Below, in pieces: positions 22,712 to 32,000 of a stretch of DNA of 32,000 nucleotides. Within the stretch, counting starts at the first letter, position 1. Every line of letters begins with the position of its first letter. A model generated the notes under the pieces. That model had not been told where the DNA came from and did no database searches. It worked only from the letters and a program-made list of their open reading frames with translations. The position numbers were made by a program, and so were the translations under genes. Source of the stretch: Haloquadratum walsbyi C23 (GTDB lineage: Archaea; Halobacteriota; Halobacteria; Halobacteriales; Haloferacaceae); the NCBI RefSeq assembly GCF_000237865.1, contig NC_017459.1:1-32000 (forward strand), read 5' to 3'.

Positions 22712-23739
22712 GTGAATCGCTCTCAGACACTACCCGTCAGGTGCTTGAGCGCAGTGTCTTCATACCTGCGTGGCTTATACTGATAGGCTGCATTCTCCTT
22801 GCACCACTTGTCGAATCACTCTCGCCGCGGTTGCGCTATCTTCCGTTTGCTTTGAGTCTGCTTATTTTTGGACTTCCACATGGTGCGGTTGACCACCTTA
22901 CACCAGCACGAACAGTTAATACACCAGTCACGGTTCGCTCAATGCTATCTGTTGGTGGATTATATCTCAGCATCGGTGGAGTGTATCTTGGCTGGTGGTT
23001 CTTCGCTCCAACCAGTGCTGCGATTATGTTTGTATTCATTACGTTACTTCACTGGGGACAAGGTGACCTTTATGCAATCTTATCATTTCTTGACGCTGAT
23101 CACCTTCCAACCCGATTTGAGCGAGCGCTCTCAATTGTAACTCGCGGGGCGATGCCAATGCTTATTCCACTCATTGCACATCCGATGTCGTATCAGCGTG
23201 TCCTAATTGGGTTTATTGAACTCTTCAGTGTGAGCACCGTATCAATTGGATTTCTATTTTCATCACCGATTCGTAACGTTGTCACTGCTGTGATTATCGG
23301 TCTCAGTATAATGACTATCGCTGCCGGTGCATGGCGTGTTTACACAGGGGCGAGTGCTCGCCCATATCTCATTGATGCCGGTGAAATTGGTCTGTTATGG
23401 GCATTTTTTATTGCTTTGCCCCCTATATTTGCTGTTGGCGTCTATTTCTGCATCTGGCACTCACTCCGGCATATTGCCCGACTTGCGATTATTGATCATC
23501 CGTCTCGGCAGGCGCTTGACTCAGCGCATATTCGCCCTGCAGTCTGGCGATTCGTTCGCGATGCAGTACCCCTTACTGCTGCTGCTCTCCTCTTTTTTGC
23601 TAGTTTATATATTCTTGTTCCTCGTCAGCCAAACAATATTGAGTCTCTTGCTGCATTCTATTTAGTCGGCATTGCAGCGCTTACTGCGCCGCATGTCGTC
23701 ATCGTTTCATGGATGGATCGAATGCAGGCAGTCTGGTGA
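22702..23739 (+). CDS. brp: Brp/Blh-family beta-carotene 15,15'-dioxygenase (retinal synthesis)
   Basis: Polytopic ORF with His motifs GLPHGAVDH, LHWGQGD, WHSLRH and APHV. The frame is open from GTG 22642. The GTG at 22702 gives a 10-nt overlap with the crtY stop codon. There is no ATG before the first TM helix. Confidence 0.85.
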   Translation: MAVSESLSDTTRQVLERSVFIPAWLILIGCILLAPLVESLSPRLRYLPFALSLLIFGLPHGAVDHLTPARTVNTPVTVRSMLSVGGLYLSIGGVYLGWWFFAPTSAAIMFVFITLLHWGQGDLYAILSFLDADHLPTRFERALSIVTRGAMPMLIPLIAHPMSYQRVLIGFIELFSVSTVSIGFLFSSPIRNVVTAVIIGLSIMTIAAGAWRVYTGASARPYLIDAGEIGLLWAFFIALPPIFAVGVYFCIWHSLRHIARLAIIDHPSRQALDSAHIRPAVWRFVRDAVPLTAAALLFFASLYILVPRQPNNIESLAAFYLVGIAALTAPHVVIVSWMDRMQAVW

Positions 23740-23915
23740 GAGCGGTTATCCGGTTGCTATTTCTGAACTATCCCTATGCTTACTCACGACTTTTGCCGTT
23801 CACCCTTTGAGCGTGGGGGAGACTTCTCTTTTACTATGCTAAATCATATTACCCACACCACCGGATGTATAATTAACCGATAACTGTTAGTCCCTGCTTA
23901 ATATAATATATCTCG

Positions 23916-26483
23916 ATGGCTGCCACCGATGACTCCGCGTATGTGGACCATCCGCTTCTTGTCTCGTCGTTCATTGAGCAACGCTTGTATCAAATTCAGC
24001 TTGCAGGAACTGCCCGCAAGACGGATACTCTCGTTTGTCTCCCCACAGGGCTTGGAAAAACAACGGTAAGCTTACTTGTTACAGCAACCCGATTGAACTC
24101 TATCGGTGGCACTGCGTTATTTCTCGCCCCGACGAAACCGCTTGTTCGTCAACATGTTGAGTTTTATCGTAATGCGCTTACAATTCCTGACGAAGATATC
24201 GTTGTGTTCACCGGAGAGGTAAGTCCAGATGATAGAGCAGCGCTCTGGGATGACGCACAAGTCGTCATCGCAACCCCACAGGTGATTGAAAATGATCTTA
24301 TTGGCAATCGAATTTCGCTCAATTCAGTCACGCATTTAACATTCGATGAATGCCATCGCGCGACCGGCGAGTATGCATACGTCTACATTGCAGAGCGATA
24401 TCACGACGACGCGACAAATCCACGTGTGACCGGTATGAGCGCCTCTCCAGGCAGTGATAAGGAAGGAATCGTGACTGTATGCAACAATATCGGTGTCTCA
24501 GCGGTTGAGGTGATGACAGAAGATGATGCGGATGTAGCTGAATACACATACACCACGGATGTCGAGTGGAAGCATATTGAACTTCCTGATGAGATTATAC
24601 AGATTCGAGACGCGCTCAACGATGTAATTCGTGATAGACTGCAACAACTGAAATCCCTCGGAGTTGCAGACACGACCCAGCCTGATGTTTCACAAAAGCA
24701 ACTGAACCAAATGCGGGGGAAATTACAGAAGCTGATTGACGCAGATAATTCAGATGGGTACGCTGGGATGTCAACGCACGCAGAGGTCATGAAATTACGT
24801 CGCGCTGTTGAACTTGTTGAGACTCAGTCAGTTGAATCCGTTCGTCGGTATTTCGAACGTCAACGTAATGCAGCACAATCATCGGGAGCCTCAAAAGCTA
24901 GTCAACGACTTATTGCTGAGCCGAAGGTTCGTCAATCAATGCAGCTTGCGGAATCATTTGATGGGACGCATCCGAAGTTTTCTCGGACCCGGATTATTCT
25001 TGCACAAACACTTGGTATTGAGGGTGGTGAGCGCGTGATTATTTTTACAGAGTCACGAGATACCGCTGAGGCGCTTACTGAGTTTCTCTCAGCGTCATTC
25101 GATGTCCAGCGATTTGTCGGACAAAATGACACCGGTCGTTCCGAAGGCATGACCCAACGCGAGCAGCAAAAGGCACTTACAGCATTCCGTTCAGGCGAAT
25201 TTGAGGTGCTTGTTTCAACCTCAGTCGCAGAAGAGGGGCTTGATGTTCCTGAAGTTGATCTTGTGTTATTTTTTGAACCCGTTCCGACAGCAATTCGGTC
25301 AATACAACGAAAGGGTCGAACAGGTCGCCAAACTGAGGGGCGTGTGGTTGTCCTTCTTGCTGAAGATACACGAGATGAAGCCTACTTTTGGATCTCGCGA
25401 CGACGACAAAAAAAGATGGAATCTGAATTACGGTCGCTCAAACAATCTGTTGACGATATCGAGTCCTCGATTATCTCCCCACAAGAAGAACTGACAACAT
25501 ACAATCATGATTTATCGACCGAAACCGATGCTAAAGCGTCGGATGAGGACACAGATGCAGAAACAGACTCAGACTCTGACTCTGACTCTGACTCTGATAT
25601 ATCCAAACAAAAAATAGCAGATTCTGCGAAGGACAGTCAATCAGGGATCACAGACTTTGCTCCTAACGATTCCGAACTGTCAAATACAGAGACAGAGACA
25701 GAGACAGAGACAGAGAGAGAGGCACAATCAGCAGAGACAGCATCTGAGGAAGTATATTCCACAGACACTGAAACGAATACTGCTGTCTCTGAGTCTCCTC
25801 CAACACCGGACGTTGACATCAGTGAGGATACGATTGAAATTGTTGTTGACCAGCGTGAGCTTGACTCGACGGTCCCACGAAGCCTCTCGACCCGTGATGC
25901 TATTCAGACTCGCTTAGAAACGCTTGCTGTCGGTGATTATGTGCTCTCAGATCGTGTTGCTGTTGAGCGAAAATCAGCAACTGACTTTCTTGATACGTTA
26001 CTTGATGGCAATCGGTCATTATTCGAACAGACTGGTGATCTTGTTCGAGCGTATGGACGACCAGTGCTTATTCTTGAAGGGGAATTGACCACACTGTATA
26101 CAGAACGGAATATCGATCCAAGCGCAATTCAAGGGGCACTTGCATCGCTTGCAGTTGATTTTGACATAAGTATTCTTCAGACGCGCAATGATAGTGATAC
26201 AGCGGATATGCTTGAGACAATCGCAACCCGTGAACAGACCTCACGCGATCGAAGCATGAGCGTGCATGGAGAGAAAAGCGCCAAAACATTACAAGAACAA
26301 CAGGAGTATGTTGTTTCTTCAATTGCCGATATCGGTCCTGTGACTGCACAATCATTGCTTGATGCGTTTGGTACTGTTGAAGCTGTGATGACAGCAGGTG
26401 AAGATGACCTTACAGCAGTCGACGGTGTCGGTGCTGTCACTGCAACCCGAATTCGTGATGTTGTTGGAAGCAACTATTCATGA
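23916..26483 (+). CDS. hef: Hef (FANCM/XPF-like helicase-nuclease)
   Basis: 855-aa ORF with an SF2 helicase (PTGLGKT, DECH, QRKGRTGR), an ERCC4 nuclease (GDYVLSDRVAVERKSATDF) and a C-terminal HhH2. The two halves are joined by a ~115-aa acidic low-complexity linker. Confidence 0.9.
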   Translation: MAATDDSAYVDHPLLVSSFIEQRLYQIQLAGTARKTDTLVCLPTGLGKTTVSLLVTATRLNSIGGTALFLAPTKPLVRQHVEFYRNALTIPDEDIVVFTGEVSPDDRAALWDDAQVVIATPQVIENDLIGNRISLNSVTHLTFDECHRATGEYAYVYIAERYHDDATNPRVTGMSASPGSDKEGIVTVCNNIGVSAVEVMTEDDADVAEYTYTTDVEWKHIELPDEIIQIRDALNDVIRDRLQQLKSLGVADTTQPDVSQKQLNQMRGKLQKLIDADNSDGYAGMSTHAEVMKLRRAVELVETQSVESVRRYFERQRNAAQSSGASKASQRLIAEPKVRQSMQLAESFDGTHPKFSRTRIILAQTLGIEGGERVIIFTESRDTAEALTEFLSASFDVQRFVGQNDTGRSEGMTQREQQKALTAFRSGEFEVLVSTSVAEEGLDVPEVDLVLFFEPVPTAIRSIQRKGRTGRQTEGRVVVLLAEDTRDEAYFWISRRRQKKMESELRSLKQSVDDIESSIISPQEELTTYNHDLSTETDAKASDEDTDAETDSDSDSDSDSDISKQKIADSAKDSQSGITDFAPNDSELSNTETETETETEREAQSAETASEEVYSTDTETNTAVSESPPTPDVDISEDTIEIVVDQRELDSTVPRSLSTRDAIQTRLETLAVGDYVLSDRVAVERKSATDFLDTLLDGNRSLFEQTGDLVRAYGRPVLILEGELTTLYTERNIDPSAIQGALASLAVDFDISILQTRNDSDTADMLETIATREQTSRDRSMSVHGEKSAKTLQEQQEYVVSSIADIGPVTAQSLLDAFGTVEAVMTAGEDDLTAVDGVGAVTATRIRDVVGSNYS
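25566..25598 (+). repeat. In-frame hexanucleotide microsatellite (GACTCT)n in hef
   Basis: GACTCA followed by 4x GACTCT and GAT, encoding DSDSDSDSDSD. Confidence 0.9.
25686..25722 (+). repeat. In-frame hexanucleotide microsatellite (ACAGAG)n in hef
   Basis: 5x ACAGAG followed by AGAGAG, encoding TETETETETERE. Confidence 0.9.
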
Positions 26484-26567
26484 TGGATTCCTTGTGATGG
26501 CCTCGAAACATATCAGTGATTACTGGGGAGACGGAAACTACAATACGATACCTCTCGCGGTTCCAGT

Positions 26568-27605
26568 ATGATTGCTAGTATTTCTGATCTCCTTCGATTA
26601 TGTATCATGCCTATTCTCGTGTGGGCTGCTTGGCGTGATGTGAAAACTCGTCGTCTCCCATCATACCTCTGGCCACCGCTTGTTATGCTCGGTGTGGTGC
26701 TTCTTGTCTGGGATACATCAGTGTATTTCTCGGGACTTTCGCCTATCTATACCCCAATTGCTATTACGTTTCTTTTTCGCGTTAGTGTTAGCTGTTTAAT
26801 CATTATCCCACTCTCGTATGGCCTCTGGGCTATCGGGGGCTTCGGCGGGGCAGATGCAAAAGTGCTGATGACACTCGCAATCCTCATTCCGACAGTGCCG
26901 ATATATCAGTTTCTAGGCATGACATTTCCTGTGATCACAGCCCCATTGGGCGTATTCTCACTGACAATCCTCACAAATACAGTGGTACTTACCACCGCAT
27001 ATCCAATTAATTTGATACTTCATAACATCACTGACCGGGTGTGGGAATTCCCGGCGGCACTTTTTGCCCGACCGGTCAGTATTGATGATCTTGATACTGA
27101 ACACGGGCAACTGGCTGAAACATCAGACCGTATCACTCGAAACGGAATTGATCTTGACGCGCTCCGGATGTATCTTCGATGGCGCGGTACGACACTCAGT
27201 GCAATTCGTGAGTCACCGACGACACATCGCAACCCTGCGAGCATTATTCAAACATACGCCCCGACGGATGGTGCTGTTAGTATCACGCCAGATCATTCAT
27301 CCGCAGAAAGAACATCTGCTAAATCTCACACGGACATGAGGTCCTCCGATCTGACGGACTTCGATTCAGTCGATGCAACAGACGTCTGGGGTGCTGATAG
27401 ATTCCTTGAGGCTGTCAATCATCGCGCGTATGGAAGTTCACCTACACAGCTCCGAAACACACTGACGCTTCTCTCAGCTCCCGACCGACAGACTGTATGG
27501 GTTTCTCCAGGAATCCCGTTCCTCGTCCCAATCTGTCTTGGTACGATTATTGCATTTACCTACGGTGACATACTGTTTGGGCTCGTTATTTCACTTTACA
27601 TGTGA
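26568..27605 (+). CDS. pibD: Type IV prepilin/preflagellin peptidase (aspartic peptidase A24)
   Basis: 345-aa polytopic ORF with catalytic Asp boxes WRDVKTRRLP and GGFGGADAKVL. A soluble insert of ~130 aa sits between the TM blocks. Confidence 0.75.
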   Translation: MIASISDLLRLCIMPILVWAAWRDVKTRRLPSYLWPPLVMLGVVLLVWDTSVYFSGLSPIYTPIAITFLFRVSVSCLIIIPLSYGLWAIGGFGGADAKVLMTLAILIPTVPIYQFLGMTFPVITAPLGVFSLTILTNTVVLTTAYPINLILHNITDRVWEFPAALFARPVSIDDLDTEHGQLAETSDRITRNGIDLDALRMYLRWRGTTLSAIRESPTTHRNPASIIQTYAPTDGAVSITPDHSSAERTSAKSHTDMRSSDLTDFDSVDATDVWGADRFLEAVNHRAYGSSPTQLRNTLTLLSAPDRQTVWVSPGIPFLVPICLGTIIAFTYGDILFGLVISLYM

Positions 27606-28021
27606 TATATTCACTACTGTGTCTCTCTGTTCGACTCACAGTAAGCAGCCTCGGGCGTGCTAGTGATTCAACAAACTTCTGTGTGAACTGATTCACTCAT
27701 TCGATGCGAGAGAACTACCCTGACCGATGCATGTCTACTTAATCACCCAGTTCTTCTATGGATTACTATGCCTCGAAGCTTTTATTCCCTCCCTCAGCCG
27801 TACAATAGCACTCTCTGCTCGGCAAGCGACCCGGTAGACCGGGGAACCCGTCCTCGCAGGTTGTTAGATGCCAATCGGTGAGTAAGAACAGCTCTTGAGA
27901 TTGCGTGTGAGAATTTCATACTCATGCTGTGAAACCTCTATGATAGCGATCATGAATCAAGAATGTTGGCAGTATCATTCAATTCCTCATTGACTAGATA
28001 TATGATCACAATCGACATCTA

Positions 28022-28069
28022 CAGATTAACAGGCAGAGTGCTTCGGGGCTTGACCCCGAGGTACTTCAC
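28022..28069 (+). repeat. Family B right-end repeat, copy 3
   Basis: CAGATTAACAGGCAGAGTG then the hairpin CTTCGGGG-cttga-CCCCGAGG then TACTTCAC. It shares an identical 15-mer GCTTGACCCCGAGGT with the copy at 31440-31488 (minus). Confidence 0.6.
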
Positions 28070-28246
28070 TGTCCGCCGCTCACTTTCCTGGAAGAGTAGA
28101 TAATTTTTCTGATAGAAGTGAAAAATAAAAACGGAGACAAATATCGATGAATTACACTATGACGCTGATCAGCATTATGAGAGTGAGTAACATAAATACT
28201 GTTTGGACGCAAGACCTATCGGCCACAATCATCTCATATTGACTCG

Positions 28247-28645
28247 ATGACTAATGATGCTGTGACTGGGAGTCAAGATGATGCTGAGATTGAAATTAGG
28301 TTCAATTCAGATGGGCTTGTGCCCGCCATTGCACAGGATGCTGATTCTGGTGAGGTATTGATGCTTGCATACGTCTCACCAACGGCACTCAAACGAACAC
28401 GCGAGACCGGGCAGGCGCACTATTATTCTCGGAGCCGAGAAGAACTGTGGAAAAAAGGCGAAACGAGCGGTCACACGCAACATATTCGAGAGATTCGCGC
28501 CGATTGCGATGCTGATACTATTTTATATCTAGTCGAACAAACTGGCGGAGCGTGTCATACAGGTCGTCAATCATGTTTCTACCGCACTCTCGATGGAACG
28601 GAGGTAACTGAGCGTGTTTTTGACCCAGAAACAGTTTATGAGTGA
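28247..28645 (+). CDS. hisI: Phosphoribosyl-AMP cyclohydrolase
   Basis: 132-aa ORF with LVPAIAQD...[23 protein letters not shown] and CD.D..L..V.Q.G.ACHTG..SCF. Confidence 0.9.
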   Translation: MTNDAVTGSQDDAEIEIRFNSDGLVPAIAQDADSGEVLMLAYVSPTALKRTRETGQAHYYSRSREELWKKGETSGHTQHIREIRADCDADTILYLVEQTGGACHTGRQSCFYRTLDGTEVTERVFDPETVYE

Positions 28646-28659
28646 TAACGGAGGCAAGT

Positions 28660-29838
28660 ATGCCCATCGCTGATCTTGATAATGATGCTTCTGATGCGGT
28701 AATCGATTTACTTGAGACTACTGAATCGGTACTCGCGGAGTTACAAGACGCTGCGGAGCAACATGAATCCATTACAACCCAGATCAGCGACACAGGGCAT
28801 GATGCTGTTGTCGAAACGGCGGACGCATATCGCCGAGCAACAGGACTTCTCGACCGATATATTGACTCAGCAACTGGAACAGGTGATTTTCAAGCATACG
28901 TTGAATTCCAAGACAAGTTTCTTAGTTGTGTTGAGGAGTTACCCGATGAACTCCCAGCGCGTGGAGCATTTGAGACCGCCGCAGACCGACTTGACAGCCG
29001 TCGACTTAGTAAAAGCGATTTTGCGTCCGCTCGTGAGGACCTTGCTCCGGCAAAGAGATACATTGAGCAACTTGAGTCATATAACCAGACAGTAGAGGCA
29101 GTCAAAACCGCTCGTCGGAATGTCACACTGCACCGTCGCAAGCTCACCGATGCAATTGATGCGCATGATGAGGCGCTTTTATTTGCAGATATTAATCTCG
29201 ATGCTCCCGTTGAGCAACTGTTAGACCCAATTGAGACATATAATGATCGACTTCATTCAGAATTTGATGAGTTTATTACAACTGAATCAACGGCAACAGT
29301 CATTGACTTTCTTGAATATGCTGATTCATTTCCACTTGTTCCGTTTCAATCCCCGCCGCCTGATCTCAGGCGATTTGCTCGTGAGAGTCCTGATTCGGAT
29401 GAGCCAATTCCAACATTACTGAAATTTGCATCATATTCCGGGTCTAAACTTGATCACTATGCAACAGATCCAGCGTTACTACAAACAACGGTTGCAGTAC
29501 ATCAGACATTTCTTGAGCGTCTTGACGCAGAGCCACTTATGATTGAACGACCCCCACCTACTGCTGGTACACTTCGTCAATTTACTGGTGAGGCGATATC
29601 GATACTTGGACGATTCGCGAGTGAAAAAACAATCGCTCGTCTCCGAGCGCTTCGAGATCAAAGCTATGATGACTCATATACCCAACTTCGAACTGCTCTT
29701 CGCGCACAAATTGAACTGAGTGCTGATGAACGTGAACGACTCCAGACCGGAACGATGGCTGATGAGCGCGATGCGCTTGTCACTGCTCGCACTCGCCTTA
29801 CAGAAGCGCTTACTCAAACCCAGTCACAAGTCGAATAG
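28660..29838 (+). CDS. Acidic, helix-rich protein of unknown function
   Basis: 392 aa from ATG 28660, with GGAGG 6 nt upstream. The frame is also open from GTG 28642, which overlaps the hisI stop codon. No catalytic motif was recognised and there are no TM segments. Confidence 0.6.
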   Translation: MPIADLDNDASDAVIDLLETTESVLAELQDAAEQHESITTQISDTGHDAVVETADAYRRATGLLDRYIDSATGTGDFQAYVEFQDKFLSCVEELPDELPARGAFETAADRLDSRRLSKSDFASAREDLAPAKRYIEQLESYNQTVEAVKTARRNVTLHRRKLTDAIDAHDEALLFADINLDAPVEQLLDPIETYNDRLHSEFDEFITTESTATVIDFLEYADSFPLVPFQSPPPDLRRFARESPDSDEPIPTLLKFASYSGSKLDHYATDPALLQTTVAVHQTFLERLDAEPLMIERPPPTAGTLRQFTGEAISILGRFASEKTIARLRALRDQSYDDSYTQLRTALRAQIELSADERERLQTGTMADERDALVTARTRLTEALTQTQSQVE

Positions 29839-29963
29839 CCGGCATATGTGTTATCATATATTTATACAAACTTTCATTTGTTGTATGATAATCGATAATC
29901 AATCTGAATATATTAGTTATCTGTCATTGTGACACGCCGTTTGATAGAGGGCTTCATTTGATG

Positions 29964-31343
29964 CTATCCAATATCATCAGTAGCGTCATACAATTTACCT
30001 GCAGCGTCATCAGCAAGGTTTTGTGCTTGAGTCTGTTCTGTTGCTTCTGCGTACACCCGTATTACCGGTTCTGTTCCTGACGGTCGAATAAGCACCCATG
30101 CGTCACCATAATCAAGCCGATACCCATCAATCGTGTTTGGTGTTACATCAGCTTCCTCTGCAAACTCCTCCGCACCTCTCATTAACGCCTCTAGCTCTTT
30201 CTCAGAACCATGTTCAATATTGATTCGGGCGTTTGCATACTTAGTATATGGCTCAATGATACTACTCGCTGGCTGTTCACAAATTAACCGCAGGAACTTC
30301 GCTCCGATATATGCTCCATCACGAACCAACCGGAACTTCGGAAAAAATATACCTCCGTTACCTTCGCCAGCAACTGGAACTGACACTCCGGATTTCTGTA
30401 ATTCCTGAATCCTTGTAATAATATTTGTTGACCCAATTGGGGTTAGTTCTAGTGTAGCGTCAACACGGTTACATACGTCAACAAGGCGTTGTGATACATT
30501 TACCGCAGCAACGGTTGCGCTATTGCTATCAAGTTCAGCCGCGGCAAGTGCAGCAAGTGATGCCTCACCGGCGATTTGTTTCCCTTGTTCATCAATGAAG
30601 ACAGCGCGGTCGGCATCACCATCGTGTGCAATACCAATATCGGCGTTCGAGGCGGTCACAAGCGACCGAAGCGCAGTAAGATTTGAAGCGATTGGTTCAG
30701 ACGGGCGACCAGGAAAATGACCATCCGGTGTTGCATTCACCGTCACGACATCGCATCCAAGTTTACGAAAAAACTGTGGGCTGGTCAGACATCCTGCTCC
30801 ATGTCCTGGATCAATAGCGACAGTAAGATTAGCATCTGCAATTGCCTCACGAGACCCATCTTGTTCAAGTGCAGTGAGCAACTTATCGATATATTCAGTA
30901 TTGACCGTTTCAGTCCGCGTTATCGATCCTATATTATCCCATGATGCCGGTGTAAAATCCTCGTTGAGTACACATGCTTCAATCCGTTCGAGCCCCTCAA
31001 CCCCAATCTCAACCCCAGTTTCTCCGATGAGCTTCACTCCATTATACTCCGGTGGATTATGTGATGCGGTGATTACTATGCCAGGGCGATCAGTTTCACC
31101 GGCATAATGGACCACACTAGGAGTTGGAGTCACTCCAAGTCGTATGACATCAATCCCGACACTTGTAAGCCCACTCACAGCCGCATTCACGAAGGACTGA
31201 CTGCTTGTTCGAGTATCACGTGCGATGATAGCCTGATTAGCCTCCCATACCGTCCCAGCCGCCTTCGCGACTTGTAGTACGAGTTCAGGTGTTATCCCCT
31301 CCCCAACAACCCCTCGAGTGCCACTCGAACCGAACAGCTTCAT
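29964..31343 (-). CDS. Phosphohexomutase (phosphoglucosamine mutase / PGM-PMM family)
   Basis: 459-aa ORF with TASHNPPEYNG (phosphoserine loop), HDGDADR (metal loop), GEGNGG (sugar loop) and RPSGTEP (phosphate loop). Confidence 0.85.
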   Translation of the reverse strand: MKLFGSSGTRGVVGEGITPELVLQVAKAAGTVWEANQAIIARDTRTSSQSFVNAAVSGLTSVGIDVIRLGVTPTPSVVHYAGETDRPGIVITASHNPPEYNGVKLIGETGVEIGVEGLERIEACVLNEDFTPASWDNIGSITRTETVNTEYIDKLLTALEQDGSREAIADANLTVAIDPGHGAGCLTSPQFFRKLGCDVVTVNATPDGHFPGRPSEPIASNLTALRSLVTASNADIGIAHDGDADRAVFIDEQGKQIAGEASLAALAAAELDSNSATVAAVNVSQRLVDVCNRVDATLELTPIGSTNIITRIQELQKSGVSVPVAGEGNGGIFFPKFRLVRDGAYIGAKFLRLICEQPASSIIEPYTKYANARINIEHGSEKELEALMRGAEEFAEEADVTPNTIDGYRLDYGDAWVLIRPSGTEPVIRVYAEATEQTQAQNLADDAAGKLYDATDDIG

Positions 31344-31439
31344 ATCTCAGTGCTCATGTGCCGACCTAAAAGCGATTGCGGACTATGACGTAATCTAACG
31401 ATTATTTATAGACCAACGATCACATCCAGTTTCACCCTG

Positions 31440-31488
31440 GTGAACCACCTCGGGGTCAAGCGTCGGGCTATTCGCCTTGTCTGTTGAT
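31440..31488 (-). repeat. Family B right-end repeat, copy 4 (inverted, hairpin degenerate)
   Basis: The minus strand reads TCAACAGACAAGGCGAATAGCCCGACGCTTGACCCCGAGGTGGTTCAC. Confidence 0.5.
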
Positions 31489-31580
31489 AAAATAACCTGT
31501 GGTGCTTGGATTACGATATAATACATCTTTTATCATTATCGGTGTATTTAGGTTTCAGTCAAATCAACATTCATGCGTAC

Positions 31581-32000
31581 ATGTCCACGCTGTTCGAGTC
31601 ATTTGAGGTTATTCCAGCTGTAGATATGCAAGATGGCGATGTTGTTCAACTCGTACAGGGTGAACGGGGGACAGAGACACGATATGGCGATCCTGTTGTC
31701 GCAGCAAAGCAATGGGTTGAGGCTGGTGCCAAGACACTTCATCTCGTTGATCTGGATGGTGCTTTTGAGGGTGACCGAATGAATGCAACTGCTGTTGACG
31801 CGATCATTGACGCTGTTGATATTCCCGTTCAACTCGGTGGAGGGATCCGAACGGCTAATGATGCCGCTTCACTACTCGATCGCGGTGTCAACCGAGTGAT
31901 TCTCGGTACTGCAGCTGTCGAAAATCCTGATCTTGTCGCTGAACTCGCCGAGTCATATCCAGGTCGTATCATTGTGAGTCTTGATGCTGCAGATGGTGAG
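31581..32000 (+). CDS. hisA: ProFAR isomerase HisA (5' part; continues beyond the window)
   Basis: My own translation from ATG 31581 gives MSTLFESFEVIPAVDMQDGDVVQLVQGE...LHLVDLDGAF...VQLGGGIR...VILGTAAV. It stays open to the window end (140 codons). It is not in the ORF track because it has no stop codon. Confidence 0.85.
   Translation, partial: MSTLFESFEVIPAVDMQDGDVVQLVQGERGTETRYGDPVVAAKQWVEAGAKTLHLVDLDGAFEGDRMNATAVDAIIDAVDIPVQLGGGIRTANDAASLLDRGVNRVILGTAAVENPDLVAELAESYPGRIIVSLDAADGE

Noticed and set aside
25566-25722. Short periodic repeats that might suggest a CRISPR array
   Set aside because: The unit length is 6 bp with no spacers. The repeats lie in frame inside hef and encode (DS)n and (TE)n. 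No CRISPR-like repeat-spacer structure occurs anywhere in the window.

Overview
All calls below come from reading the sequence and the ORF track by eye; no searches were run. The window looks like a haloarchaeal chromosome segment: acidic proteins, roughly 47% GC by spot counts, and two bacteriorhodopsin paralogs. Gene content and order fit my memory of the origin-proximal region of Haloquadratum walsbyi, but that is inference. It opens with an oriC-type origin (ORB repeats plus an AT-rich unwinding element) and orc1. Housekeeping genes follow: sec11, polD small subunit, a GNAT-like gene, lysC, purO, tRNA-Gln, a coupled hel308-cgi121 pair, and a cdc48-type AAA ATPase. Next comes a complete IS1341-type (tnpB-only) insertion sequence, then a light-harvesting island (bop1, brz-like zinc finger, ferredoxin, bop2, crtY, brp/blh). 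The rest is hef, an A24 prepilin peptidase, hisI coupled to an unknown acidic protein, a phosphohexomutase, and the 5' part of hisA. The least expected result is in the intergenic DNA, which holds at least four families of small IS200/IS605-style non-autonomous repeats (PATE/MITE-like). One family gives a filled-site/empty-site pair showing a 668-bp tnpB-less derivative nested inside a ~320-bp element. Other copies bracket bop2, sandwich a gene fragment, and overlap the stop codons of convergent genes. I saw no CRISPR array, rRNA or obvious defence system.
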